From: Streptomyces sp. NPDC020983
Lineage (GTDB): Bacteria; Actinomycetota; Actinomycetes; Streptomycetales; Streptomycetaceae
Assembly (NCBI RefSeq): GCF_044333485.1
Contig: NZ_JBIRRA010000007.1
Location: 235,730-299,729, forward strand
Direction of reading: 5' to 3'
DNA: 64,000 nt
Position numbers and translations under genes: made by a program. Below, in pieces: positions 9,589-18,285 of the stretch. The notes under the pieces were generated by a model. It ran no database searches, had not been told where the DNA came from, and was given only the letters and a program-made list of their open reading frames with translations. Within the stretch, counting starts at the first letter, position 1. The number at the start of each line of letters is the position of its first letter.

Positions 9589-10230
9589 TCACAGCCCGGG
9601 GCTGCCCGCCCGGTCGCCGGTCCCGGCGAGCCTGCCCCACAGCAGATCGGCCAGGTGGCGTACGAGCACGTCGCGGGGCAGCGGCCGCTCGCCGAGCCAC
9701 CAGTCGCCCGCGGCGTACATCATCCCGACGATGCCGTGTCCCCAGACGCGGGCGAGCTCCGGGCCGTCCGGGCCGAGGTCCAGCCGCTCGGCTATGACCT
9801 CGCCGAGGTCCTCGCCCATCCGGCGCAGCAGCGGCGCGGAGTGCCGTCCGACGTCGAAGCCGCGCTCGTCGGAGGGGGTCTCGGCGGGGTGCATCAGGAA
9901 GCGGTAGACCTGCGGCCGGGTCTCGATGGCCGACAGGTACGCGTGCAGTGTCGCCTCGACCCGGTCGCGGCGGTCGCCGGGGGAGTCCAGCGCGGTGCGC
10001 AGGGTGGCCAGCAGCGCGTCGGTGTGGCGCTTGGCGAGGGCGCGGTAGAGGCCGCTCTTGTCGCCGAAGTGGCGGTAGAGGATGGGCTTGGTGATCCCGG
10101 CCTCGGCCGCGATGGCGTTCATCGACGCCTCGGGGCCGTCGCGCAGGACGACCCGCTCGGCGGCCTCCAGCAGCTCGTTGCGCCGCCGCTGCGTGGCTGC
10201 CTGCTGCTCGGTCCGCTGGCCGGTCTCCAC
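9589..10230 (-). CDS. TetR family transcriptional regulator
   Basis: The HTH is NAIAAEAGITKPILYRHFGDKSGLY. It is divergent from an acyl-CoA dehydrogenase. Likely start is the GTG at 10230. Confidence 0.75.
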   Translation of the reverse strand: METGQRTEQQAATQRRRNELLEAAERVVLRDGPEASMNAIAAEAGITKPILYRHFGDKSGLYRALAKRHTDALLATLRTALDSPGDRRDRVEATLHAYLSAIETRPQVYRFLMHPAETPSDERGFDVGRHSAPLLRRMGEDLGEVIAERLDLGPDGPELARVWGHGIVGMMYAAGDWWLGERPLPRDVLVRHLADLLWGRLAGTGDRAGSPGL

Positions 10231-10331
10231 CCGGAACCTCCCCGTCGTCCGATGCCGGTGGTCTGCGCAACGTAACACCCCTGGGCCGGCGCACCGGGTG
10301 CGGCTTGGCGAGTTGACATCGCTTACCCGAC

Positions 10332-10351
10332 GGTAACAGACTGCTGTTACC
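10332..10351. promoter_or_regulatory. Perfect inverted repeat GGTAACAG-N4-CTGTTACC, candidate TetR operator
   Basis: Seen directly in the intergenic region between the TetR gene (9589-10230, -) and the acyl-CoA dehydrogenase gene (+). Confidence 0.55.
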
Positions 10352-10378
10352 GCAAGTAACTAGCATGTGGAGGGGACG

Positions 10379-11608
10379 ATGGGCGACTTCACGCTCGATC
10401 TCAACGACGACCAGCGGTCGGTGCGCGACTGGATCCACGGCTTCGCCGCCGACGTGATGCGCCCCGCCGCCGCCGAGTGGGACGAACGCGAGGAGACCCC
10501 GTGGCCCATCATCCAGGAGGCGGCCAAAATAGGCCTGTACTCGCTGGATTTCTACGCCCAGCAGTTCTTCGACCCCACCGGCCTCGGCATCCCGATGACG
10601 ATGGAGGAGCTGTTCTGGGGCGACGCCGGCATCGCCCTGTCCATCGTCGGCACCGGCCTGGCCGCCGTCGGCGTGCTGGCCAACGGCACCGAGGAGCAGA
10701 TCGGCACCTGGGTCCCCCAGATGTACGGTGACGCCGACGACGTCAAGGTCGCCGCCTTCTGCTCCTCCGAGCCCGACGCGGGCTCCGACGTCGGCTCGAT
10801 GCGCACCCGCGCGGTCTACGACGAGGCCACCGGCGAGTGGGTGCTCAACGGCACCAAGACCTGGGCCACCAACGGCGGCATCGCCAACGTCCACGTCGTC
10901 GTCGCGGTCGTCGACCCGGAACTCGGCACCCGCGGCCACGCCTCCTTCATCGTGCCGCCCGGCACACCGGGCCTGTCCCAGGGCCAGAAGTTCAAGAAGC
11001 ACGGCATCCGCGCCTCGCACACCGCCGAGGTCGTCCTGGACGACGTGCGCGTCCCCGGCGACTGCCTGCTCGGCGGCAAGGACAAGCTCGACGAGCGCCT
11101 CGCCCGGGCCCGCGAGCGGGCGAAGGCAGGGGGCACGGAGCGGATCAAGAACGCCGCGATGGCGACCTTCGAGGCCTCCCGGCCCGCCGTCGGCGCGATG
11201 GCGGTCGGCACCGCGCGCGCGGCGTACGAGTACGCGCTGGAGTACGCGAAGGGGCGCGAGCAGTTCGGCCGCCCGATCATCGACAACCAGGGCGTCGCCT
11301 TCCAGCTCGCCGACATGCGCACCCAGATCGACGCGGCCCGTCTGCTGGTCTGGCGGGCCTCCTGGATGGCGACCACGGGCAAGCCCTTCACCTCGGCCGA
11401 GGGCTCGATGTCCAAGCTCTTCGCGAGCGAGACGGCCAAGAAGGTCACCGCCCAGGCCGTGCAGATCCTCGGCGGCAACGGCTTCACCCGCGAGTACCCG
11501 GTGGAGCGCATGCACCGCGACAGCGCGATCTACACCATCTTCGAGGGCACCAGCGAGATCCAGCGGCTGGTGATCGCCCGCACCCTGTCCGGCCTGCCGA
11601 TCCGCTGA
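10379..11608 (+). CDS. Acyl-CoA dehydrogenase
   Basis: ACAD N, middle and C domains are present (FCSSEPDAGSDV, catalytic-Glu region EGTSEIQRLVIAR). The ATG at 10379 follows GGAGGGG; an alternative GTG is at 10367. Confidence 0.85.
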   Translation: MGDFTLDLNDDQRSVRDWIHGFAADVMRPAAAEWDEREETPWPIIQEAAKIGLYSLDFYAQQFFDPTGLGIPMTMEELFWGDAGIALSIVGTGLAAVGVLANGTEEQIGTWVPQMYGDADDVKVAAFCSSEPDAGSDVGSMRTRAVYDEATGEWVLNGTKTWATNGGIANVHVVVAVVDPELGTRGHASFIVPPGTPGLSQGQKFKKHGIRASHTAEVVLDDVRVPGDCLLGGKDKLDERLARARERAKAGGTERIKNAAMATFEASRPAVGAMAVGTARAAYEYALEYAKGREQFGRPIIDNQGVAFQLADMRTQIDAARLLVWRASWMATTGKPFTSAEGSMSKLFASETAKKVTAQAVQILGGNGFTREYPVERMHRDSAIYTIFEGTSEIQRLVIARTLSGLPIR

Positions 11609-11627
11609 CGGCGGCCGCCCGGCGCGG

Positions 11628-11780
11628 CTACTTGTCCTTGCCGTAGCCGCGCAGCAGGAACCAGGCCATCAGCGCGACGCCCACCACCGACACCAGCAGG
11701 ACGGTACGCATCACCGGCCCCGGCCCCTGGGTGTCCGAGACCGCCAGCGTGCTCAGGTGGTGGATCGCGCCGATGTGCAT
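11628..11780 (-). CDS. Small 50-aa hydrophobic protein (single predicted TM), hypothetical
   Basis: ATG at 11778-11780 is preceded by GAAGGAG 7 nt upstream. The product is MHIGAIHHLSTLAVSDTQGPGPVMRTVLLVSVVGVALMAWFLLRGYGKDK. It is below the ORF-track length cutoff. Confidence 0.4.
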   Translation of the reverse strand: MHIGAIHHLSTLAVSDTQGPGPVMRTVLLVSVVGVALMAWFLLRGYGKDK

Positions 11781-11831
11781 GGAAAGCTCCTTCTGGTCCG
11801 GCCCACAAAAGCGTAGACCCGCGTCCCCCGC

Positions 11832-13934
11832 TCACTGCGCCGCGGGGGGCCCGGGCTCGCCCGCGGGGTGACGGCGGCCCGCCGACCTGGGGCGCAGCGC
11901 CTCGGCCAGCTCGTCGAGCGTGTCGACCAGCAGCTCGGCGCCGCGCCGTACGACCCGGTCGCCCGCCGGGTCGGACGGCCAACGCGCCAGCTCGGCGTGC
12001 AGCGCCGACCAGTCCGGCGCGCGCCGCTCCCGCACCTGGACCGCGGCCCGCGCGGTCGCCTCCCGCAGTGCCGCGGCGAAGCGCGCCGCCTCCGGCACCG
12101 GGGCGGCGTCCCTGCCCGGCTGGTGCGCCTCCATGACCAGCCCGACCCGCCCGGCCGCCGACAGGGCCGCGTCCGCGTCCCGCACCGCGCTGCGCGACAC
12201 CCCGCGGTGCCGCACCGGCTCGGCGTCCGCCCGGGCCACCGCCTGGTCCCACGTCGCGCCCGCCGCGCGCAGGTCCAGCAGCGCGCGGCGCACGGCGCCC
12301 GGGCGCCGCCGCGCCGGATCGGCGTGCACCTCCATCACCGCGGCGACGTAGCCGCTGGTCGCCTCGATCCACTCCGCGAGACGGTCCCGCAGCCGCGGCG
12401 TCTCCCACGCCGGGAAGAGCGCGTAGGCCGCCATCGCCAGCAGCCCGCCGAGCAGTGTGAGCAGCACCCGGTCGCGTACGGTCTGCTCGACCTGCTGCCC
12501 TCCCATGTCCAGCAGGAAGACGACGTAGGCGCCCACGCACGCCTGCGCGACGACGTAGCCGCTGCGCATCAGCAGGTACATCAGCCCGATGCTGACCACC
12601 GCCAGCGCGGCCAGGGCGTACGTGCCCGGGTGTGCCGCCTGTGCGATCGCCGTGCCCAGCGCGACGCCCACCAGCGAGCCGGTGAAGCGCGCCACCCCGC
12701 GCTCGTAGGTCTGGGTGAAGTCGGGCCGCATCACCATGACCGAGGCCATCGGCGCCCAGTAGCCGTGGCCCAGCGGGAGCACGCTGCCCAGCACGTAGCC
12801 GACGCAGGCCACCGCCGAGACCCGCACCGCGTGCCGCAGCACCGGGGCGTCCCAGCGCACCTGGCGGCGCACCGTCCGCACCGCGGTCGGAAGCAGCTCG
12901 CCCGCCTTCGGGCGCAGCAGGTGGGCGGTGCCGGTGGCGTCCGCGGGGCCCGAGCCCTCCGCCCGCTCCACCGCGGCGGACAGCAGCGACACCAGCCGGG
13001 TAGCCGAGCGGCGCGCGCTGCCGGTCAGATCCGCGCCGGGTGCGTCGGAGCGCAGCAGCGCGTCCGCGCTCTCGGGCACCTCCAGCGGTGTGCCGTGCCG
13101 GATCGACCGGGCCACCGCGTCCAGCACGACGGCCGCGGTCGCCAGTACCTCGCGCGCCCGGTCCCGCTCCGGACCCTCGGCCGCGGCCCCCACCGTGGGG
13201 TCGGCGAGGGAGGCCAGCACCGGGCGGATCCGCTCGGCCAGCGCCCGCTGCCCGTGCAGGTCCTCGGGCCGCCGCCGGGCCTGGCGGGGCGTCAGCTCGG
13301 CGGCGGCGCGGGCGGTCATGAGCGCCTCGGGGTCGAAGGGCGCGACGGGCTCGTGCCGCAGCCGCCGGGCGTAGTCGGCCTCGGCGGCGAAGGCGTCGGC
13401 CAGCGCGTCGCGCTGCGCGCCCCAGCGGCGGATCGGGAAGACCACCGTCAGCGCCGCCTGCACCAGCGCGCCGAGCCCCACCAGGGCCGCGTGGTGCAGC
13501 GCGCTGAGCACCGACGTCGGCAGCGTGACCGTCACCAGCATCACCGCGATGGTGAGCGCCGAGACCATCCCCGTCGTGGGGCCCAGCGCCCACGCCAGGC
13601 CCGCGCCGAACGACCACACCGCCAGCAGCAGCACGAACAGCACCACGTGGGAGGCGGCCAGGTAGCCGAGGAAGGTGCTCACCGCGAGACCGGCGCCGGT
13701 CGCCAGCGCGAGCACCGGCCGCGGGCGCCAGCTGCGCTGGAAGGTCGCGGCCCCGGCGGCGAAGGCCCCGAAGGCCGAGGACGCGGCGACCGGTGGCGAC
13801 CACAGCCACAGCGCCAGCCCGATGACGATCGCGACACCGGCCGCGGCCCGCAGCGCCACCAGCGGTTCCAGCCGGGTCCGCGAGACCTTCAGGCCGGACC
13901 GGGAGGTCTCCCGCAGCGCACGCAACCACGTCAT
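11832..13934 (-). CDS. FUSC-family (fusaric-acid-resistance / ArAE-type) membrane exporter protein
   Basis: Two hydrophobic blocks separated by a long cytoplasmic region. Likely start is MTWLRALRET at 13934; upstream ORF residues are Arg/Gly-rich noise. Confidence 0.7.
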   Translation of the reverse strand: MTWLRALRETSRSGLKVSRTRLEPLVALRAAAGVAIVIGLALWLWSPPVAASSAFGAFAAGAATFQRSWRPRPVLALATGAGLAVSTFLGYLAASHVVLFVLLLAVWSFGAGLAWALGPTTGMVSALTIAVMLVTVTLPTSVLSALHHAALVGLGALVQAALTVVFPIRRWGAQRDALADAFAAEADYARRLRHEPVAPFDPEALMTARAAAELTPRQARRRPEDLHGQRALAERIRPVLASLADPTVGAAAEGPERDRAREVLATAAVVLDAVARSIRHGTPLEVPESADALLRSDAPGADLTGSARRSATRLVSLLSAAVERAEGSGPADATGTAHLLRPKAGELLPTAVRTVRRQVRWDAPVLRHAVRVSAVACVGYVLGSVLPLGHGYWAPMASVMVMRPDFTQTYERGVARFTGSLVGVALGTAIAQAAHPGTYALAALAVVSIGLMYLLMRSGYVVAQACVGAYVVFLLDMGGQQVEQTVRDRVLLTLLGGLLAMAAYALFPAWETPRLRDRLAEWIEATSGYVAAVMEVHADPARRRPGAVRRALLDLRAAGATWDQAVARADAEPVRHRGVSRSAVRDADAALSAAGRVGLVMEAHQPGRDAAPVPEAARFAAALREATARAAVQVRERRAPDWSALHAELARWPSDPAGDRVVRRGAELLVDTLDELAEALRPRSAGRRHPAGEPGPPAAQ

Positions 13935-14171
13935 GCAGCAGACAATAGGCAGTTCAGCGCCCGTCCCGAAGATCCCGGGCGGGCCGGCGGGGGCGGGCCC
14001 GGCGGCCTTCGCGGCGGAAGGAGCGGCAGGGCGGGCGGGGGAGGGGCCGCGCTTCGAGCCGCAACACCGCCGCGCAGCGGGCCGCAACACCGCCGCGCCC
14101 GGCGGGACGTGACGGCCGCCACCCCGCATCAGGCGCACACCCCTCACACCCGCGCGCCCCCTTCTGGTTCA

Positions 14172-14309
14172 ATGGGGGACATGGCCAGCATTACTGACAC
14201 CGGGACAGGTCGCAGCGACCTCGAACCGTTCTGGCCGTCCCGGCAGGAGCACCACTTCGACCGCTGGTGTTGCCGCGCGATCCCCGCGCGGACCCGCGTC
14301 ATCCGCTGA
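14172..14309 (+). CDS. Hypothetical 45-aa peptide with adjacent Cys pair (MGDMASITDTGTGRSDLEPFWPSRQEHHFDRWCCRAIPARTRVIR)
   Basis: An ATG sits in an unusually AT-richer stretch (ttctggttcaatggggg), and codon third positions are mostly G/C. There is no strong RBS. Speculative. Confidence 0.2.
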   Translation: MGDMASITDTGTGRSDLEPFWPSRQEHHFDRWCCRAIPARTRVIR

Positions 14310-14404
14310 CCTGCCCGTAGAACCCGCCCTCCCGGCGGCCGGGCGGCAGCAGCCGGTCCCGCGCACACGGTGTCCCACGACCCTTCGCGCGAAAGAGCCG
14401 AGCC

Positions 14405-15076
14405 ATGTCGAACGTGCCCACCGCTTCCCCCGTCTCCGCCACCGCCCCGGTGACCGGCGTGCCCCCGCGACCGGGGCTGCCGCCGGGCCGGCCGCCCCTC
14501 GGCCACCCCGCCGCCCGGCAGCGGCTGCGCGCGGTGCGCCCCGACGAGGTGCCGCCCGCCCCGGACTTCCTGCCGCCCGGCGCCACCTGGCTGCCCGCCC
14601 CCGGCCACGTGCTGCCCGCCGTCGCGGGCGGTGCGCCGATGGTCGGCTACCTGGTGCTGGTGCCCGCCGAGCAGCCCGCCCCGGTGGTGGCACCGCCGGC
14701 CGTGCCGCCGGTGCCGGCCGCCCCCGCCGGGCCGGGGCTGCGCATCGACACCGACCGCCGCATCGTCGAGGTGGACGGCCGCCCGCTGGACCTCACCTAC
14801 CTGGAGTTCGAGCTGCTCGCGCACCTGGTGGCCCACCCGCACCGGGTGCACTCCCGCGACCAGCTCGTCACGACGGTGTGGGGGTACGGCCACGTCGGCG
14901 ACGGCCGCACCGTCGACGTCCACGTGGCGCGGCTGCGCCGCAAGCTCGGCGCGGGCCACCGCGGGAGCATCGTGACGGTGCGCCGGGTGGGCTACAAGTA
15001 CGCCCCGGCGCAGCCGGAGAAGGCGGTGGCCGGCGCCGCGGCGGGCGGCGGGACGGCGGCTACGGGACCACGGTGA
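14405..15076 (+). CDS. OmpR/PhoB-type winged-helix DNA-binding protein lacking a receiver domain (orphan trans_reg_C)
   Basis: The C-terminal part (LTYLEFELLAHLVAHPHRVHSRDQLVTTVWGYGHVGDGRTVDVHVARLRRKL...VRRVGYKY) is a canonical trans_reg_C domain. The N-terminus is Pro/Ala-rich low complexity. Confidence 0.7.
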   Translation: MSNVPTASPVSATAPVTGVPPRPGLPPGRPPLGHPAARQRLRAVRPDEVPPAPDFLPPGATWLPAPGHVLPAVAGGAPMVGYLVLVPAEQPAPVVAPPAVPPVPAAPAGPGLRIDTDRRIVEVDGRPLDLTYLEFELLAHLVAHPHRVHSRDQLVTTVWGYGHVGDGRTVDVHVARLRRKLGAGHRGSIVTVRRVGYKYAPAQPEKAVAGAAAGGGTAATGPR

Positions 15077-15524
15077 CGGGCCACTTGCCCGCCTTGACCA
15101 GGCGGACGGCCACCGAGCCCACGAGCCGGTGGCCGGCCCGCTCCGACGCGCCGACCACGACCGCGTCGGCCTTCAGCTCGTCGGCCGCGGCGGCAAGCCC
15201 GCCGTACGGGTCGCCGCGGAAGGTGTGGAACTCCCACCGCACCTGGAAGGTGCCGCGCAGCCGTTCCACCGACGCGCGGATCTCGGCGACCAGCTGATCG
15301 GCGATCCCGGTGTCCACGTCGGCCACCGGGACGCCGAGCGCGGCGCCGCCGGGCAGGTACGACTGCACGTAGACGAGCGCCAGCAGCGCGTTCTGCCGGC
15401 GGGCGAGCCCGGCGGCGTACGCGGCGGCGCGCCAGGACGGGTCGGAACCGTCGAGGCCGGCCACGATGACCTTCGGTCCGTCGGTGCCGCGTTCGAAACG
15501 CACAGGGGATCTCTGTTCGTCCAC
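15060..15524 (-). CDS. Universal stress protein (UspA family)
   Basis: Usp alpha/beta fold motifs are present (KVIVAGLDGSDPS ... VVVGASERAGHRLVGSVAVRLV). Confidence 0.8.
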   Translation of the reverse strand: MDEQRSPVRFERGTDGPKVIVAGLDGSDPSWRAAAYAAGLARRQNALLALVYVQSYLPGGAALGVPVADVDTGIADQLVAEIRASVERLRGTFQVRWEFHTFRGDPYGGLAAAADELKADAVVVGASERAGHRLVGSVAVRLVKAGKWPVTVVP

Positions 15525-15737
15525 GCGGCCAGGCTATAGGCCTCCGGCCTGCGGCTTCACCCCCGGCGACGCTGCGTGCTCACCCCAATGGGCGTATTGC
15601 CACGACATGTGCACCTTTGCGGGGCACGCTTCTCGGGAGGAGTGAAACAGGCGGCGCCCTCCGCCGGGCGCGCACCGAGGTCAGGTCCGCGCCTGCGCGC
15701 CGGCTCGCCGCCCACGCCGCTACCGGGGAGGTTTGTC

Positions 15738-16310
15738 ATGCCGAGCGTGTCCACGAGTGTTTTCGTGCCCAGGCCGGACACCGAGGTCTTCGACTTTCTC
15801 GCCGACGCCCGCAATCTCGCCCTCTGGAGTTCCGGCGTGAGCTCCGTCGACCCCGACGACGTGGTGCCCGGCCGCGACGCCGCCTACCGCTACCGCTACC
15901 CCGGGCGGCGCCGCCCGCACCGGCTGGTGTGCGCCGACTTCCAGCCCTCGCGCCGCATAGTCTTCCGCGGCCAGCGCATGTGGAGCCCGCTGGGCACCCA
16001 GGTGCCCGTGTACGGCTTCGACCTCATCCCGCGCGCCGACGGCACCATGGTCCGGCTGTCGGTCACCAGCTGCCTGAGCGCGGCCCTGCTGCTGCTCGCC
16101 CCCGTCGTCGCGATGGCCTGGCGCCGCGACCTGCCCGTGGACGCCAGGAAGTTCCGCGACCTGCTCGGCGGCGCGGTGCCCGCCGTCCCCGCCCTGAAGG
16201 GCCCGGCGCTGCCCGCCGCCGGAGCGCCCGCCGGTCCCGCCGCCGGGGCTCCCGGCGCCGGCGCCCTGCCCGCGTCGCCCGCGCCCGGCGGATTCGACTA
16301 CGCTCATTGA
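15738..16310 (+). CDS. SRPBCC (polyketide-cyclase/START-like) domain protein with Ala/Pro-rich C-terminal tail
   Basis: The ATG at 15738 has GGGGAGG 7 nt upstream. The N-terminus MPSVSTSVFVPRPDTEVFDFLADARNLALW is typical of Polyketide_cyc2 proteins. Confidence 0.65.
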   Translation: MPSVSTSVFVPRPDTEVFDFLADARNLALWSSGVSSVDPDDVVPGRDAAYRYRYPGRRRPHRLVCADFQPSRRIVFRGQRMWSPLGTQVPVYGFDLIPRADGTMVRLSVTSCLSAALLLLAPVVAMAWRRDLPVDARKFRDLLGGAVPAVPALKGPALPAAGAPAGPAAGAPGAGALPASPAPGGFDYAH

Positions 16311-16413
16311 GTGTTAAACTAAAACGTGTGGTGAGGCGCACCCCCGAGCCCGCCACCGCGACCGCCCCGGCCAGGTCCCCCCGTCCCGGCCGGGGCTTCC
16401 GCACGTCCGGGGG

Positions 16414-17409
16414 TCAGACGCCCTCCTCGGCCCCCTCCTCGCCCACCCGGGACAGCTTGTCCGGGTTGAGCACCAGGTAGATGTCCGTGACCTTGTCGTC
16501 CGCCGGGTCCAGGTCCACCACCATGACCGCGGTGGGGGAGTCGTCGGTGACGACCACGACGGACGGATCGCCGTTGACCTGCCGGTAGCGGATGTCCGCC
16601 GAGTGCGGCAGCCGGTTGGCCGCGTAGCCGGTCAGCAGCCTGGCCACGTTCTCCTGGCCCGACACCGGGCGCACCAGCGCGCCCGGCAGACCGCCGCCGT
16701 CCGCCCACAGCGTCACGTCCGGCGCGAGCAGCGCCATCAGCCCCGCCAGGTCGCCGCCCAGCGCCGCGGCGATGAAGCGCTCGGTCACCTGCCGCTGCAG
16801 GCGCCGGTCGGCCTGGTAGCGCGGCCGCCGCGCCTGGACGTGCTCGCGCGCCCGGTGTGCGAGCTGCCGGACCGCCGAAGGGCTGCGCTCCAGGATCCCG
16901 GCGATCTCGGTGTGCGCGTAGCCGAACACCTCGTTCAGCACGAACACCGCCCGCTCCAGCGGCGTCAGGGTCTCCAGCACCACCAGCATCGCCATCGACA
17001 CCGACTCGCCGCGCAGCGCCGCGTCCGCCGCGTCCAGGGAACCGGTGGCCTGGGGGGAGTCGGCCACCTCCGGTGCCGCCCGGGTGAGCAGCGGTTCGGG
17101 CAGCCACGGCCCGACGTACGTCTCGCGCCGCCGGCTGATGCTGGCCTGCCGGGCGAGCGCCTGGTTCACGGCGATCCGCACCAGGTAGGCGCGCGGGTTC
17201 ACGATGTCCGCGGTGCGCCCCGGCCCGGTCCGGCGTGTCCAGGCCAGCCAGGTCTCCTGGAGCACGTCCTCGGTGTCCGAGGCGCTGCCGAGCATGTTGT
17301 AGACCACCGAGAACAGCAGCTCGCGGTGGCTGACGAACTCCGCCGTCGCGCGGCTGTTCCCGTCCCCGCCGGTGCTGTCGGTGTCGTGCGTGGCCGGTGC
17401 GTCGGACAC
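16414..17409 (-). CDS. ECF41-family RNA polymerase sigma factor with SnoaL-like C-terminal extension
   Basis: Has sigma-2 and sigma-4 regions plus the ECF41 hallmark motifs YVGPWLPEP, DGGG and C-terminal NPDKL. GTG start at 17409. Confidence 0.85.
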   Translation of the reverse strand: MSDAPATHDTDSTGGDGNSRATAEFVSHRELLFSVVYNMLGSASDTEDVLQETWLAWTRRTGPGRTADIVNPRAYLVRIAVNQALARQASISRRRETYVGPWLPEPLLTRAAPEVADSPQATGSLDAADAALRGESVSMAMLVVLETLTPLERAVFVLNEVFGYAHTEIAGILERSPSAVRQLAHRAREHVQARRPRYQADRRLQRQVTERFIAAALGGDLAGLMALLAPDVTLWADGGGLPGALVRPVSGQENVARLLTGYAANRLPHSADIRYRQVNGDPSVVVVTDDSPTAVMVVDLDPADDKVTDIYLVLNPDKLSRVGEEGAEEGV

Positions 17410-17636
17410 GATGAAGGCCTCCCGTGGTGCGATTCCCCGTCCCCCTCCTGAGAGGGCGTCCGCGGGCACCGGTGTGACACCGCGCCCGCGGATGTGACGC
17501 GCGTCTCGCCGGGCCCTTCGGATGTCACACTCCGGGGCGGGGGCGCCTCATGTGTCCATGGGGCGGTGTGCCGTCCCACGCCCGCCGCACCGCCGGGGCG
17601 GCGGGACCACCGGACGAGGAGAGGAAGCGGGCCGTC

Positions 17637-18263
17637 GTGACCGACACGCAAGCCGACCGGATCGATTTCACCATCATGTACGCCACCCACCGCGCCTTCC
17701 GCCGCGACCTCCAGCGGCTCGCCGCCGCGGCGGAGTCCGGCCGGGGACGCGCCCCGCAGGCGCTGGCCGGCTGGGACAACTTCAGCGGGCAGCTGCACCA
17801 CCACCACTCCGTGGAGGACGCGGCCCTGTGGCCGCAGGTCGAGGCGAAGATCGCGGGGCGCCCCGAGGCGCAGCAGCTGATGAAGGACATGGAGGCCGAG
17901 CACGCCGAACTCGGCCCGCGCATCGACGCCGTCGACGCCGCGCTGCACACCACCGGCGCGGACCTCGCGGCGAGGATCGAGGACCTCTACCAGGTCATGG
18001 ACGACCACTTCCGGCACGAGGAGGACAGCGCGCTGCCGCTCATCCAGGAGGTCCTGACCCGCGCGGAGTGGAAGAAGTTCGGCCTCGCCAACGCCCGCAA
18101 GCTCGGCCTCAAGGGCGTCGCCACCTACATCCCCTGGGTCCTGGACGGCTCCACCCCCGCCCAGGAGCGCGAGTTCCTGGGCGCCTTCCCGCCCCCGGTG
18201 CGGGCCGCCAACAAGCTGTTCTGGCAGCGCTCGTACGCCAGGAAGGGCCTGTGGCGGTCCTGA
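17637..18263 (+). CDS. Hemerythrin (HHE cation-binding) domain protein
   Basis: His/Glu ligand motifs are present (MYATHRAFRRDL, HHHSVEDAALWP, DDHFRHEED). The GTG at 17637 follows GAGGAGAGGAAG. Confidence 0.75.
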   Translation: MTDTQADRIDFTIMYATHRAFRRDLQRLAAAAESGRGRAPQALAGWDNFSGQLHHHHSVEDAALWPQVEAKIAGRPEAQQLMKDMEAEHAELGPRIDAVDAALHTTGADLAARIEDLYQVMDDHFRHEEDSALPLIQEVLTRAEWKKFGLANARKLGLKGVATYIPWVLDGSTPAQEREFLGAFPPPVRAANKLFWQRSYARKGLWRS

Positions 18264-18285
18264 CCCACAGGGGGGCGGCCCCGCC

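Noticed and set aside
11530-14309. Long ORFs 11530-13929 (-) and 11868-14309 (+), 800 aa each
   Set aside because: Both are antisense or out-of-frame to the well-supported FUSC membrane protein gene and have extreme Arg/Gly/Pro composition.
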